Under the pieces are notes generated by a model. The model did not search any database and was not told where the DNA came from. It saw only the letters and a list, made by a program, of their open reading frames with translations. Shown here one piece after another: positions 23,447-38,154 of a DNA stretch of 64,000 bases. The DNA is taken from NCBI GenBank assembly GCA_047967505.1, contig CM106538.1, one strand, 5' to 3'. The translations under genes were made by a program, and so were the position numbers. The DNA is from Dipteris shenzhenensis. Its lineage: Eukaryota. Position 1 is the first letter of the stretch. Each line of letters begins with the position of its first letter.

Positions 23447-25905
23447 TAATAGAAGCATTCCAAATCCTTTTTGGCATGGGATTTTCCTCTAGATTTGCTT
23501 CTAGACTTGCTTGTTTTTTTGTCATGGTATTTCCCCTTGGAATATGACCTCCCTCTCACATTGAGAGCACTTGAACTTTTAGTTCTAGCATTGTTCTTTC
23601 TATTTACCTCCTCAATGAGAAGGCTACTCTCAACAGCTTGTCAGGCCTCCCACACAGGCTGAATTGCTTATAGCAGTCCTAAAAGTGTCCCAACTTTTAG
23701 GAAGGGTGACCAATAAGAACATTGCCTTAACTGAGTCATAAAAGGCAATTTTTTGAGTTGAAAGTTGACTGAAAATTATGTTAAACTCATTTAAATGGCT
23801 AGACATTGAAGTCCCTTCTTCCATGCGAAGAACTATGAGTTTCTTTAGCCAATACACTTGACAAGTGGCACTTTGCTTCTCATAAAGGTCATGCAACTTT
23901 GTCCACACACCATAGGCACCACCTGTAGTATCTTTCACTTTGAAATACACCAATTTTGAAAGTGTGAGCATGATCGTGGAGCATGCAAACTGATCCAATT
24001 CTTTCCACTCTTCATCATCTTTCCAATCCTCTGGCTTTATGCCTTTGCATTTTATAGGCTTTACTTGCTTCTTCTGCACCAGAACATTGTAGATTTGCTC
24101 CTTCCAATAGGAGAAGTTTATGCCATCCAACTTCTCAATGTTAAACAATGCATTCTTTGATGCCGAAGCCATCACAATGGATGACAGAACAATTAGGATA
24201 CACTACACCAATGTACCAAACTCAAGCCCAAAAGATATCAACTGCAATGACAACAGCCACACTGTCACTGTCACAAATACATGTTCTGCTGTAAGTGACC
24301 TTAGGGCATCCCAAAACTAGCCAATAGATTTTGCACGGTAGCTCCATGCAAAAAGTGTGAATAGAAGAAATGTAGCTTGTAGAAAACTCTACAACTTCTC
24401 AGTTTATAGCAAGTCCAAAATCCTTACAGATTTCCTTATATCTACTGTTGGAAGCCACCACCTGCAAACTTTTAGTGCTGTAATAACAGTCTATAACAGT
24501 TTTGGCTTGTTTTGAACTGTCAATATCTTCCCAACCGTCGGTTGCCTTTGCTGTAAACACCAAAGTTGTAGACAACCAATATATCTACAAACTTCTAGTT
24601 CACTGCAAGTCCAAATTCATTATGGATTTTTTTGATATTCACTGCTGAACGCAGCCCCCTGCTCACTTTTTCTAGTTGTCATAAACTGTCAAAACTGTAA
24701 ATCATGGGCATACAGGGCATCATAGCTTTTTCTCTAAATCTCGAACTAAGACGCTTTCAAAAACAAGATTGTAGATTATCCAAAAAAATAATACTTCTTA
24801 GTTCAATTCAGAAGACAATTCCTCATGGATTCTCTGATATTCATTTCTGAAAACAGCAACCTGCTCAATTTTTACTGCTGTCACAAGACTGCAAACTCCC
24901 AATCACCAACTTTTCTTGAAGCATTTGAGGCATAAACTCCAATGAAATAGCCCAACAATTCTGAAAATTGTTATCCAAAAAATTCCCTTAGTGGGAAGAG
25001 TATTGCACTCACAAAAATAATCCCTTCCTGGGATACAAGACAGTTTCAGAAAAACACTGCTCACTTATGCTCACTTTTTCAGCTAAACAAAGGCTCAAAA
25101 CGCATCAATTGTAAGCAATCACTTTCAGCAAACCTTTGGCTTGATACGCATCAAATTAAAGGCATAAACCCAACTGAAATCTGAATGTACCAACCACCTT
25201 TGATCAACTGATGTCTGCCACAAGAAAAAGACGTTTTTTTGCTTTCGGGCCCCAAAAAAGCAACTTCTAATGGCTGGAATTGCAGAGCAGTAGGTGGTTT
25301 TGATCGTAGATGGATAATATTCCTTCTCCCCTGCTCAAACAAGGCAATAGATTGCTGAAACAATCGAGGCAACCTGATATATAAGGCTGAAATAGTAAAA
25401 ACGAGCTAGTATATGTCAAAATACAGCTCCCTGGGGCAGCCCACGGGTAGTAGGAGACTCCACGCAACAAGTTTGGGCTCTTGGCATAGCAACACCGCAA
25501 TGCTACAGTCTCCTTGTTGGCTTTGCTCAACCAAGCTCTGATACCAGTTGATGGAGAGGAGGTCTTATCGGAGAGCAACAAAGAAAGGGAGAACACCCAA
25601 AATTGTCGGTGCTAACTCACCCAGATCAAGGTAAGCTCTTATTATGTATGTATGGTACAAAGGGGTATATACTAGGCCATTGGCCTTTACCACCCTTAAG
25701 ACCACCTCCCCCTAAAAAAAGCCAATTTTACCCCTACTTTAATCCCTCATAACTCATGTGTTTGGGACCCACACTGGACCCCCTTTGAGCATAGATTTCA
25801 CACATGAAAACACCACGCTACGGGGTATTTTTCAAGCCCATTGCACACCATTTTGGCATCACTAGCACTTGCTCATTGGCACCCCTGTGTGAGCCTGGTT
25901 TCACA
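23447..25905 (-). mobile_element. 3'-truncated Ty1/Copia element A (5' LTR, PBS, long leader, gag)
   Basis: tRNA-iMet PBS TGGTATCAGAGCTTGGT (25546-25530). LTR ~25549-25905 (outer end tentative). Gag IEKLDGINFSYWKEQI...LLVTLPKSWDTF, continuing after a frameshift to ...KKDLECFY at ~23447. Confidence 0.85.
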
Positions 25906-26259
25906 TAAATTTGCTCGTATCTTCACGTCGTGAGCTCCGATTAATGATCCATCTGCACCGACACAGTTCCCTACACACGTAGGATAATCTTAGGCACATT
26001 ATTAACACGACAGTCCCTACACAAACTAACACTACTCTAACCCTCTCAACAAAACTACATCCACACCTGCACTTGCGACAGAGACACCCTTTGCAAATCT
26101 TGCCCAATATGCATGCAGCTATGTTTCGACCAATGCCTCCAACTCCAATGCTCACCAAATCCGAATACAACCCCACTGCAACCACCACCTCTGACAATTC
26201 TCTATCCCAAATCCCCCCCTAAAATTCAATCACTCCCTTTGACTCCTCCACGCCACAAC

Positions 26260-29200
26260 ATGGCTGGACGCCATCGCGACAATGATGGGGATATCGACCT
26301 TGATGCAGAGGATGACAATTTCTTTAATTGAAGAAATAATAACACTCAAGGCAGGCACCCTTTGGAAAAACTAGAAATTCCCAAATATAATGGTAGGGGA
26401 GATCCAGCCCGATTCCTCCAGCATTTTGATGCCGCACGCCGCACAGGTGGAGATCAATCCCATGAAACCAAGGTGGCTTAGTTTCCCATGGCCTTAATTG
26501 ATGAAGCATTTGAATGGTACCTAGACCTTCTAGTGGAAGAGCGTGCCACATGGGACCTACTTCAAACAGAACTTAAATGACACTTTCAAATAGAGAGGGT
26601 AGAAGATGATCCCGCTCTCCAACTAAGGAAGATCGAACAAGTTCGTCGAGAAGATGTACGCACGTACCTAGGTAAGATGAAAAGATTAATCACCAAATGT
26701 GACCCACGCCCAGATGCAGAGTACCTCATGGCATGGTTCATTGCAGGACTAAGAAAGAAAATCTGAAAGGATATGAAAAAGATTAGCAGTTGTGAAACAT
26801 TCTGTGCTGCTCATGGGGCAGCCATTGACATCGAGGATGGCATGATTGACTCAGATACTAGCAGTGATGACGGCAGATCTAGTACACGAGATAAGTGCTC
26901 GAAAAAAGATAAATCCAAGTCCACTGCTAAAACATCAAATGAAGATCGCCTAGAAGCCATGACCACGAAGCTAAAAGAAGACATGATGTAGGCCATGGAA
27001 CAAAAACTTCACTTGTCTCAGTCGCCAACTCAGACATATCCACAGTGAGAAAATGTCTGGTGTCCACACTGCATGGCCAATCATACAACAAATGAGTGCC
27101 CGGTCCTAAGAGCTAGGATTACCACACAAGCAAATCCACCGCCAAGGTTGTGGTGCCATATCTGCATCGTCGATGGCCATGATGAAAACAGTTGCATCTT
27201 CAACATGCGCAACAACCCGCCTCGACCTCAACAATACCAAGCGGCACCCACGCTAGTATACAGGCAACTGGCACTTGCACAAGTGCCCCAGCTCCAAGGC
27301 TAAATCCTGTTCCTATTCAGACACAAGTCCCACAACTAGTTAGGAATCCGAATCCACAACCATATCCAAGAGCACCAAATCCAGCTCCTCAGGCAGTTCC
27401 AATACATCAATTATAAGCCGAGGAAGTAGAATCGTCATTTGAGTATGAAACAGAGTACCCAGTGTACTATGTAGAAGGTGTAGAGGGTCTAATACTAGTT
27501 TATGCAAATCAAGTACATCCCAACACACATCGAGCACCAATCAAGTACTACGGTTGTGGAGAAAATCACCGGATCATAGAGTGCCCTCATCATGGTAGCC
27601 CAGCTACTTTCCAACCACTCTGTAGAGATTATTGCATAGGACATGCCTATATGGATTGTCCCATGAAAAATAAAGTCCCACAACAAACAAAGGTTAAGCC
27701 TGACGTCCCAATCGGCATCATTGGGATAGACAATCAAAGTCTAGGTCCGGCAAGTGTAATATCACAACCTGTAAATGTAATTGCACGCCAATAGAAAGAG
27801 GCCACCAAGGACCCTAACATTCCAATTCAATAAAGGCGAATTCTTAAAAAGAAAGCACAAGTGCCTCCACCTCTGCCAAGTAATGAGTAGCCGAGCTCAT
27901 CCACATCAACTCCTGAGCCTCAAATAAAAGAAGCTCTATACCCAAATGCGAGGTGGAGAAGGCTCGTTTTCAGGCACTTCAACAATGGGTACAAAAGGAA
28001 TAAGCTCAATTTGAGGCTGAGAAACAAGCTCAATTTGAGGTTGAGAAACAAGCTCAAGACCCAATCCATGACTTGGCCCCACAAAGTATTGATACTGTAC
28101 TCGAGCCTCTGTTTAACAACATACTCCACAACATAATGTACCGCCACATCAACTTGAAGGAGCCGCACTCTCTAGCATCCTGAGTTGCCCTGTGTCAATT
28201 CCCATCAGAATCCTCCTATGAAATCGTCCCAATCTCTGGGAGAGTTTCAAAGGATGGATTGAACTCGCAAATCCCCCTCCACCTATGAACGACATCAAAG
28301 ATATCGATGTGCAAATGGGTGAGAACATACGCAACATTATTGTGCCTTTGATCCACAAGGAATATAATGAAGTCCAAGCCATAGTAGATCGTAGAGCGGG
28401 TGTAAATTGTCCTATCAAAGGAGCTCTATGAAGAATGGGGTCTCCCACCAATGCAAAAGGCTAATTTCAACATACGCCTTGTCAATGATTCATGGGCTAA
28501 ACCCTTGGGAATAGTAAATGGCATGTCCACAAAGATTGCAGGAGTCCGCTTTTCCCTTCAATTAACAAGCTTGGATCTCTCCAAAGAATCCTATCAAATC
28601 TTACTGGGACATCCTTGGTTATGGGAAGCATCAGTCGATGACTGGGGAGCTGATAGATTGACAATCTAGAATCACGACACAACAGTCAGAGTGAATGTGG
28701 AAACAGGAGCTATAAAACCAATTATACTTAGAGCATTGGATAACACATCTTTCACGACAATCTCAAGCAAATCAGCTCCCTCGCAACAGCATGCCATAGC
28801 GGGTGACTCAAAAAGCAATGCCAATACCTAGATACAAACATTGGCAACCATCGACAACTACCATTCATTAGACCCCATCTTCTCAGAGATTGATGCTAAG
28901 GTGCTGTAGGTAGATCCTCCACTCACACATGAAGAACCAATCAATCTAGACGTGCCATTCTTTATGACTGACCTCGAGTGGGATAATGAACCTGAAGAAG
29001 GTACCCATACCAATGATGACTCAGATTTTCCTTGGGACCTTGAAACTGAGGCTGAGAATGCTAAAATTGAAGATCAAATCTTTGATAATGACTTAGCCAT
29101 TCTGCATGCCCTAATGGCAGTCAAACTCTTAAAAGTTGAATAACAACAGAAGATCCCACAAGAAAGCTGAAGGAGAAAATCATAGAAAAGCCAAGGCCGA

Positions 29201-32200
29201 ACACTTCAATGAATTTGAATGAGTCCAAACAAGGATCGTCGAATTGTACCTTGCAAAGCCAGCTCCCTCCAAATCAGAACCATCGCCTCTGAATGGTCCC
29301 TTGAGGGACTGGAAGGAGTATGCATAGCATATGAACCCTTACTTGGAAACACCTTACCAGTGGAAAAGTTACCCCACAGTTCCCAACGTAAGAAGTTTCA
29401 AAAATATAAGCCACATGTGCGGATGAATCTCAATCAAGAGACTTCAAAAAAAGAAAGTCAAAAAGAGCCTAACAAATTGGTAAATAAATCTATGCCACCC
29501 AGTACACATGGCACATGTTAGGCTACTTTAACACCATTAGAGGCCGATCTTTGAGAAGTGTCGAAATACTTCAAGAATTACACAAGTGGCAGTGTGCCAA
29601 TAGCAATGCCAAGACCACTAAAAGAATCTAGAGTGCAAGAAACTGATAGCATTCCAAAAACTCCAATGTATGAGGGACCGACAAAAACATGCACAATAAA
29701 CCTCACCCTTATAGGGGAAGAAGAAAAACTGGGTTTCATTGGGAAACAACTTCGACAAGAAGATGAAACCAAATGCAAAGCACTCCTAATGGAATACCCT
29801 GACTACCTAGCATGGTCATACAAAGAGATGTAAGGAATTTCACGAGACGTGCCAATACACACAATACCTATAAGGGAAGGTGCTCACCCTAAGGTATGTG
29901 GACCTTATCGCACAAATTCTAAATACTGCACCATGGTTTATGATGACAAGCTAGAAAAACTCCTAGATGCCGGATTCATCTATGAGATAGAGCACACTGC
30001 TTGGGTTTCACCCATCATCATTGTGCCTAAATGCAACAAGAAGCTCAGAAATGCGTAAACTTAAAAAATGTGAATGTCGCCACAATTAGGGATCACTATC
30101 CCCTACCCTTAATAGAAATACTGTTGGAAAAAGTGGCAGGCTCTGAAATATATAGCTTCTTGGATGGCTTTAGTGGCTATAACCAAGTGCAAATTGCTCC
30201 TTAAGACCAATCAAAAACAGCATTTGCTACAAAATGGGGTATTTTTGCATATAGAGTCATGCCATTTGGCCTTTGTAATGCGCTGGCCACATTCCAATGA
30301 GTCATGTTCACAGCTTTCAAGTCATTTTTGAATACATTTTTACAGGTGTTATTGGATGATTTGTGCATCCATTCGAAAAAAAAGACCACTTCAAATGTCT
30401 TGAAGTAGTATTGATTAAATGCAGGGAGTATGGCATCTCCCTAAATCCAACAAAATGCCAGTTCATGGTCACCCACGGAGTTGTTTTGGGACACATCGTC
30501 TCTCAACATGGGATTGCAACCACTGACATGGACAAAATCCAAATTGCCTCCTCCTACAAATTCCAAAGGTGTACAGGTCTTTATGGGACATGCTGGCTAT
30601 TATAGAAGCTTTATATTGTGGTATGCCATGATAGCTAGACCAATTTATAAATTATTAGTGCAACTCTTATGGACCGAAGAGTGCGACCAAGCCTTTGAGC
30701 TTTTAAACTGGCACCTAATCACAACACCCATCCTTATATCTCCCAATTGGGATATTGATTTTCATGTTCATACAGACAAATCCAAGTATGCAATTGGGAG
30801 TGTGCTTTGTCAACCTGGTGAACATAAGAAAGACTACCCATTCTACTTCACCAATCATCTCGATAACTCAATGATGCAGAGAACAACTATACCACCATAG
30901 AAAGAGAAGCCCCAGCAATGGTGTATAGTGTAAAGAAAATTTGGCACTATTTACTAGCGAATGATTTTGTCTTCTACACCGACTATCAAGCATTACTTTA
31001 TCTTGTGAACCGTCTATGTACAATAGGAAGAATAACCAGATGGCTCCTCTCGCTTCAAGAATTCAACTTCAAAATAGTGGTCCGCAAAGGTGCCCAACAC
31101 TACATTTCCGATCACATGTCTCATGTCAAGTCGAGAGAAGAAGCCATTGGAGTAGAAGACGATGTACCAGATGCCATACAATTTCAAATAGATGATGTTC
31201 CAAAGTGGTATGGAGATATCATTGGTTACTTAATGGCAGGAAGACCACCCCCTAAAATGAAAGCAGTAGATGCCAAAAAATTGATTCTAAATGCTGCACC
31301 CTATCAACTTATTGCAGGACAATGGTACAAGATGGGCAAGGACTAGATATCAAGAAGATGTGTAATGCCTCATGAGGTCATGCCAATCTTGAGTGAAGTC
31401 CATGAAAGCATTGCAAGAGGACACTTCCAAGGGGAATCCACAACAAGAAAAGTTCTCCTCACAGGCTACTGGTGGCCAACACTGTGGGCAGATGCCTATG
31501 AATATGTAAAAGGCTGTGATGTATGCCAATGGACTACTAAACCACAACACAAAGACTTCAATCCCCTAGCAACAGTTGTTGCACAAAGACCATTTGAAAA
31601 ATGGGGGGTTGACTATGTGGGTCCCATACATCCATCTGCAAAAGGAACACATGCATGCTACATCATTGTGGTCACTGATTACTTTACAAAATGGGCTGAA
31701 GCTAAAGCAGTCAGAAAGGCAGATGCCAGAAGCACAACAAGATTCCTATACGAAAATGTGATCACCCAATTCGGATGCCCCATTGAAATTGTGTCGGATA
31801 GAGGCACACATTTTGTCAATGAGATAATCCAAGAACTCTTGTCTAGCTTTATGGTAATCCATAGAAAAAGCACACCCTACTACCCCCAAGGGAATGGACA
31901 GGCCGAATCCACCAACAAAATAATATGCATTATCCTCACCAAGGTAGTAGACCCATAGTGTTCTGATTGGGTAGAGAAACTGAATGCAGCCTTATGGGCA
32001 TATAGAACCACACTCAAGGTCAGTATAGGGAACACACCTTTTCAATTAGTGTACATCCTTGAAGCTGTGGTCCCAATAGAATTTGTAATACCAAGCGTAT
32101 GCATAGCAGGAATGCATGGGAGACCATGAATCCTTGAAAGAAAGACTCTATCATTAGAGAAGCATACATAGAAAAGACTAGTAGCCTACCATGCCATGAC

Positions 32201-32450
32201 AACAAAAAAACGCAGAAGAAAGGCATGGTTTGATAGAAATCTTAAAGCTAAAGACATCAAGGAAGGTGACTTGGTCCTGTTTTACAATGCCAAAGTACAC
32301 AAAGGGAAACTAAAGTATCTAGGTCAAGGAACCTACCAAGTACAAAAGATGAATCCCATCAGAGCTGTACTACTAGAAACATTGGATGGAGTCCAATTCA
32401 ACACAAGAATAAACGAGAGCTAACTAAAGTGCTACTACATCAACATGTAA
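26260..32450 (+). mobile_element. Degenerate Ty3/Gypsy gag-PR-RT-RH-INT polyprotein region
   Basis: Gag KFPKYNGRGDP and CCHC knuckles (CHICIVDGHDENSC); protease region [41 protein letters not shown]; RNase H FHVHTD.SKYAIGSVL; integrase PFEKWGVDYVGP, IVSDRGTHF, STPYYPQGNGQAE. The order RT-RH-INT defines Gypsy. LTRs not delimited. Confidence 0.92.
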
Positions 32451-33186
32451 GCTATCCTCGACAAAAATCAAGATTTTGGAAACCAAGTCTTCCTTAGGTA
32501 GGATAAGATTGTCTCATGCACACTCACTGGTATATGCACATTTTTGCACATTAAGGAAGACCTAGTCAATTTTGTATTAGGGATGATTGAGTCTTAGTTT
32601 CCCTATTAAATCCCACAAATAAGCATAGAGTTAGAGACATCACGTGCACTCACATGATTTTGCATAGGCACATAATAGATTGCATCAATAATAGTATCAC
32701 ACACTTTCATTCCATACTCTCAAAGCATGGAATGAATTCACAACTAGGACAAGAAGCTATGCCAAAACTCAAGATGAATTGGAAAAAGAGTCTGCAGCCT
32801 CAGCAACGAGACCCCCGCCAAACATCACAGCCATCTCCTAAATGTTAAAATATCAGACTTGCATACAAACTCATATACAAGATCAATGATACGGGTGCAA
32901 TCACATCCAACATGTATGCAAGATAGGAAGAAATGCCAGCCTCAACAATGAGACCCCCACCAAACCTCTTCCCAAGAAGATTCGATGGCAAAGTCTGCAG
33001 CCTCAACAATGAGATCCCCTCTAAAATTCACAGCCATCTACCCCTCCTCAAGAGGAGATAAGCTTCCTGACTATACAGACCATAAATTGTATGGTGCAAA
33101 AGCATTACAGCAAGAACGACTCGCATGCCACAAGCTCAACAGCCATTGGGTTAGCACATGGCATCCCAACTCCAAAATCAAAATAA

Positions 33187-33325
33187 GCCATAACCTGAGG
33201 ACGGGTAATAAAATGGATCCGGGAGTATATTGTCTCTATGCCAACATGGACATAGGTACAACATAATGTGTGTGTAGAGTAGTAGTAAAGCTCCACTTGT
33301 ACTTGCATAAGGCTAGAAATAATCC
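33187..33325 (+). repeat. Dispersed repeat R, partial copy, cut by Copia B
   Basis: TAACCTGAGGA..GGGTAATAAAATGGATCCGGGAGTAT..GCCAACATGGAC matches the reverse complement of 63860-64000. Confidence 0.85.
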
Positions 33326-36300
33326 GTGAGAAAGATGCAAGTAAGACTCCTTCCTTCTCTCCCACTCTCTTCACATGGTGTCAGAGCTCGGTTCGTGGTA
33401 AGGAGCTCAAGAAAGAAAACCAAGTTCGTGGCATCCTAGTAAGAGGATTAGTGTTGCTTTCTTTTTTTTTCGAGTTTGGGAGCAAATCTCTGCAGGTAGC
33501 ACAACCGGAAAGTGCAAGAGTGCACTGTCTCAGATTGGGTTGCCCTTCGTGGTATGGCAAGAGGGTAGTATATGCTACAAGAGAGGGCGATGCCCATGGT
33601 GAAACTATTTTTTTGATTCGAGGCCATTTTGGGGCCCATTTCGGTGGCAGAAGTTTTTTGCAGGCACTCAAGAAAGAGCCCTTTTTTTGCTGTGCGACCA
33701 CTGTTCTATAGGTCGGTGAAAAGTTATCGTAGAAATTACATCATATGCCTGGGCACAGAGATATTGGGAGTGATAGAATCATTCTTATTGCCTATTGATG
33801 CATAATCATCAAGTTAGGAAGTGACTGTGTGGTCAAATACCACTCTCGTCAGTTTTGCAGATTTGCCCTTGTGAGACAGAAGTTGTGTTTTTTTGCAATG
33901 ACAGAATATTTTGCAGTGTTCTATAATGGCATCTGATGCTCTTTCATAGATTGTCACTAAAAAGCTTGACAAGAACAACTTCCAAGCATGGAAGTTTAGA
34001 ATGACGAATTTCCTTAAGGGAAAAGGCTATTGGGAGTTCATTATTGGAGCTGAATAAGAACCAGTTTTTCCTAATGTTCCCAATCAACAGGATTTGGAGG
34101 CATTTAAAGGCTAGCATGAGAGAGCCAGAAAAGTTATGTATTGGTTATCTATCAATATTTCAAATTCTATGATTGTGCATATACAGGATGCAAGCACGCC
34201 AAAGGGGGCATGAGATACTTTGACAAAAATGTATAGCACAAATACGCAAGCCAAGAAAATACGCTCAAGCAGGAGTTGCATAATATGCAGAGAGAAAATA
34301 TGAGCATCAATGACTACCACATGAAGGTGAAGAAGATTGTAGATGCACTTGCTTATATTGGGTTATCAGTGGAAGATGATGATTTAGTTTCTGTGACCTT
34401 GAATGGTCTAGGAAAGGATTATGCACAATTCTGGACATCCATTGCCATCCGTGAGAATTTTTTTGATTTCGAGGAGTTGATTGCTCTTCTAATTTCTGAA
34501 GAGCAGAGAAATGGTGGTGCATCTTCTTCAGGAGAAACTTCAAAAGAAACTGTCTTCTACTCAAATGCTAGAAGAGGTGGAGATAGAGGTAGAGCAGGCC
34601 GATTTGGAGGCCATACTAGAAATCAGAATATGCAGCAAATTCAAGAAAACCAGTCCTATGGAGGAGGACATGGTAACTTTAGAGGCAGGGGGAGCCAAAG
34701 AGATCGTGGTGGATGGCAAAGAGGCCAAAATGCAAACAGCAATGTTGAATGCTACTACTATGGTGAAATGGGTCATATGGTTAAAGATTGCTATAAAAAG
34801 CAGAATGACATCATGATTGAAAAATTGCAGCAAGGCAATTATGCATCCTGTAGTAGACGGGGTGATGACAGAAATGAGCATCTGTTTATGGTGTAGCACA
34901 TGACCAATTCTGTGACAAGTGCAGAAGAAAGCAATGATGTGTGGTATGTTGACTCAGGTGAGTCAAACCACATGACAGGTCATGCAAAATGGATGCACGA
35001 TGCAAGGAAAATGGAAAGACCAAGATTTGTGGAGACTGGCGATGATACTGCACATCCTATTATGCAGATTGGTAAAATTCCTTTGTCTATGCAGGATGGA
35101 AAAAAGAAGTACTTGTCTGATGTATTTCATGTCCCGAATATCACCAAGAACTTGGTTTCTGTTGGTCAAATGGTTGAGCAGGGCTTGCAGGTTAGATTTA
35201 ATCCTCATGGATGCTTTGTTGAGGATATGAAAAATAAAGGTCGCTTGATAGCAAAAGGGAAGAAGAAGGCCAGATGTTTACATTGGATGCAGACATGCTT
35301 GAATTGAGTGCTACAATGTTTGCACATGGGACCGCTGTAGTTATAGATATTGATATCTGGCATAAATGCATTGGTCATGTTAATGTACAGTGACTTAAAT
35401 TAATGCAGGCCCAAAATATTACTGCAAGATTGTCTAAGTTCAAGGTTGCAGAAATACATAAGGTATGTGAAGCTTGTCAATTTGGAAAACAGGCAAGGAA
35501 ACCATTTCCTAGACATGTTCAAGAGAGTAAGGGAATTAATCAACTCTGATGTGTGGACTACTAAAGTTGCATCTATTGGAAGTTGTCATTATTTTGTCAC
35601 TTTTATTGATGACTATACCAGAAAAGTTTGGGTGTATTTTATGAAAAAGAAAAGTGAAGTGTTTGGGCATTTCAAAGCTTTTAAAGCTATGGTTGAAAAA
35701 GAAATAGGTCTACAAGTAAAATACCTAAGGTCAAAGGGAGGGGGAGAGTACCTCTCAAACGAGTTTGCAAGTTTCCTGCAGGAGCATGGCATAAAGCATT
35801 AATATTCATGCAGTCATACCCCCCAGCAAAATGGACTTACAGAAAGGAAAAACAGGCACATTGGAGAGGTATCCCATGCCATGCTCAACGAAAAAGACCT
35901 GCCAGATTATTATTGGGTTGAAGCACTTGCTACAGTAGTCTACATAATGAACAGGACTCCCACTACAGCAATACATGGCATGACACCAGAGGAGAGGTAT
36001 ATTGGTAGGAAACCAAATATTTCTCATTTGAAAGTTTTTGGTGGCATTGCCTATGTTCATGTGCCAGATGAGTTGAGATCCAAGTTGGATCCAAAAGCTG
36101 AGAAGTGCATCTTTATTGGTTATTCTCTACAACAGAAAGGGTATAGATCCTATAACCCTTCTACTCGTAAGTTTATAGTGAGTAGAGATGTTGTTTTTGA
36201 TGAGATGAGCAGCTGGTATAAACCAGTAAATGTGATTGATGATGTAGATACACAAAATGGTAATGCTGCGCAGAATTCACAGCAGCAGTCACAAAATATT

Positions 36301-37750
36301 AGTGGACCTTTAGTGTCCTCTAGCAGTGGTTCACATACTTTGCCATGGACAGGCAGATTGAGATTAGGAGGTTCTCCTCAAAGCAATGCAGATAGTGGTA
36401 TGCAAGTATCATGAAAAGGAAAAGAGAAAGTAGATCAGCCCATGGTTGATGTGAATACAGGTCACTCTTATGTGGATGGTGAATCCAGTGGCTCAGAACC
36501 GTGGGCCTTGATGATGAGTTGGGTATTCCTTTTGTTATTACACCTAGAGTAAGGAAGACAAGGGATGTTTTGAGAGCACCTGGTAGTGAGCCTATTTTGT
36601 GAAGGTCTACCAAAGCTAGGTATCCTGTGGATAGGCTAAAATATGATGGGATTTATAGCCATTCACTATGCCTATATGGTCAAAGTGATACATGAACCAG
36701 AACCCACTTCTTTTGAGCAAGCCATGGGAAAAGAAAAATGGGAGAAAGCCATGGATGAAGATATGGATGCCTTGGAAGCAAATGGTACATGGGAATTGGT
36801 GCCTTTGCCTAAAGACAAGAATGCAATTGGCTGCAAGTGGCTTTATAAGGTGAAGCACAATGCAGATGGTCCTGTGAACAGATACAAGGCAAGATTAGTT
36901 GTCAAGGGGTATGCACAGACATATGGCATTGATTATGACAAAACATTCAGTCTGATTGCAAGGATGGCAATCGTAAGAGCAGTCATTGCTATGGCTGCAT
37001 CAAAGGGATGGTCTTTACATCAGATGGATGTAAAGAATGCTTTCTTGCATGGTGATTTGCAAGAAGAGGTCTATATGGAGTAGCCACCAGGTTATGTCCA
37101 TGCTATGCATCCTGTTTGCAGGTTGAAGAAAGCCTTGTATGGCTTGAAGCAAGCACCCAGAGCATGGTCTAACAAGATAGGACAATATCTTTTCACTATT
37201 GGCTTTCAGATTTCCAAGGCAGATTTCTCACTTCATGTGAAAAAAATAGAGAAAGATATTATGCTGCTTGTCATTTATGTTGATGATTTGTTCATCACAG
37301 GTGATAGTGATGAAGATATCTTTCATGTGAAAATGCTATTGAAGTAGAAGTTTGAGATGAAGGATTTGGAAGAGCTGCATTACTTCTTGGGCATTGAGAT
37401 GATTAGATCCACAATTGGGATATGGCTCTTGTAGAGGCAGTATGGATTGGACATGCTGTCCAAATATGGGATGACAGGCTGTAAGCCTATTTCAGTTCCT
37501 TTGGAGCAGAATGTGAAGCTGAGCACAGATGCAGGTGAGCTTTTGGAAGACCCTACTATGTACCGATGCATAGTATGAAGGTTGATTTATATGACTATTA
37601 CTAGGCCAGATTTGAGCTATGCTGTTGGTTTGGTAAGTCAGTTTATGCAGGCTCCAAGGAAACCGCATTTGTATGCAGCTAGACACATACTGAGGTATGT
37701 GAAGTCCACATTGCACTATCGACTATTTTATGAGACTAGGGTTGAGATAT
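33326..37750 (+). mobile_element. Ty1/Copia element B (same family as 50397-55930); only the last ~50 bp of the 5' LTR remain; truncated after RT
   Basis: LTR end ...CCCACTCTCTTCACA followed by PBS TGGTGTCAGAGC at 33376. Gag, WYVDSGESNHMT, integrase [46 protein letters not shown]. Many stops. Confidence 0.93.
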
Positions 37751-37839
37751 AGTTGCAAATCAAATGCATATTCATAGGTTGCATGTAGATGACTCCTAGA
37801 TGAAGTGCTGCATTATTGTTGGAGACTGAGTGAAGGGTA

Positions 37840-38150
37840 GCAGTTCTGAGGGTGGTGGATCCAAGGTGCTTAAAAGGTTTTTGAAGTGACTGACTATGAT
37901 CTCCATATTTTTTGTTTCTAATTTAACCAATGCTCCATCCTCCTTCCGCAACTAAGGGATTTTCTCATGATTCCTCTTTTTTCTGATCCTTTTAAAATTC
38001 TACTTAGTTGGTCTGTCTATCTTGCCTACCCACCATTCCTTAAAGTAGACCTTGGCATTATGTAGCTTGATCTGTTCTTGTATTCTGACCTCTTTTCTTT
38101 TGACCAATAACTGATGTTGGGCATTGATATCATTAATTCTAGCTCTTTGT
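37840..38150 (-). mobile_element. L1-type LINE ORF2 linker fragment
   Basis: Manual translation WWVGKIDRPTK*NFKRIRKKR..LRKEDG...EIIVSHFKNL resembles the EN-RT linker of plant L1 ORF2. Confidence 0.5.
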
Positions 38151-38154
38151 TCAA

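Noticed and set aside
23094-23547. Poly-Glu/Gly/Arg and poly-Pro ORFs (also 63103-63516)
   Set aside because: These are translations of CCT/GGA simple repeats in repeat R, not genes.
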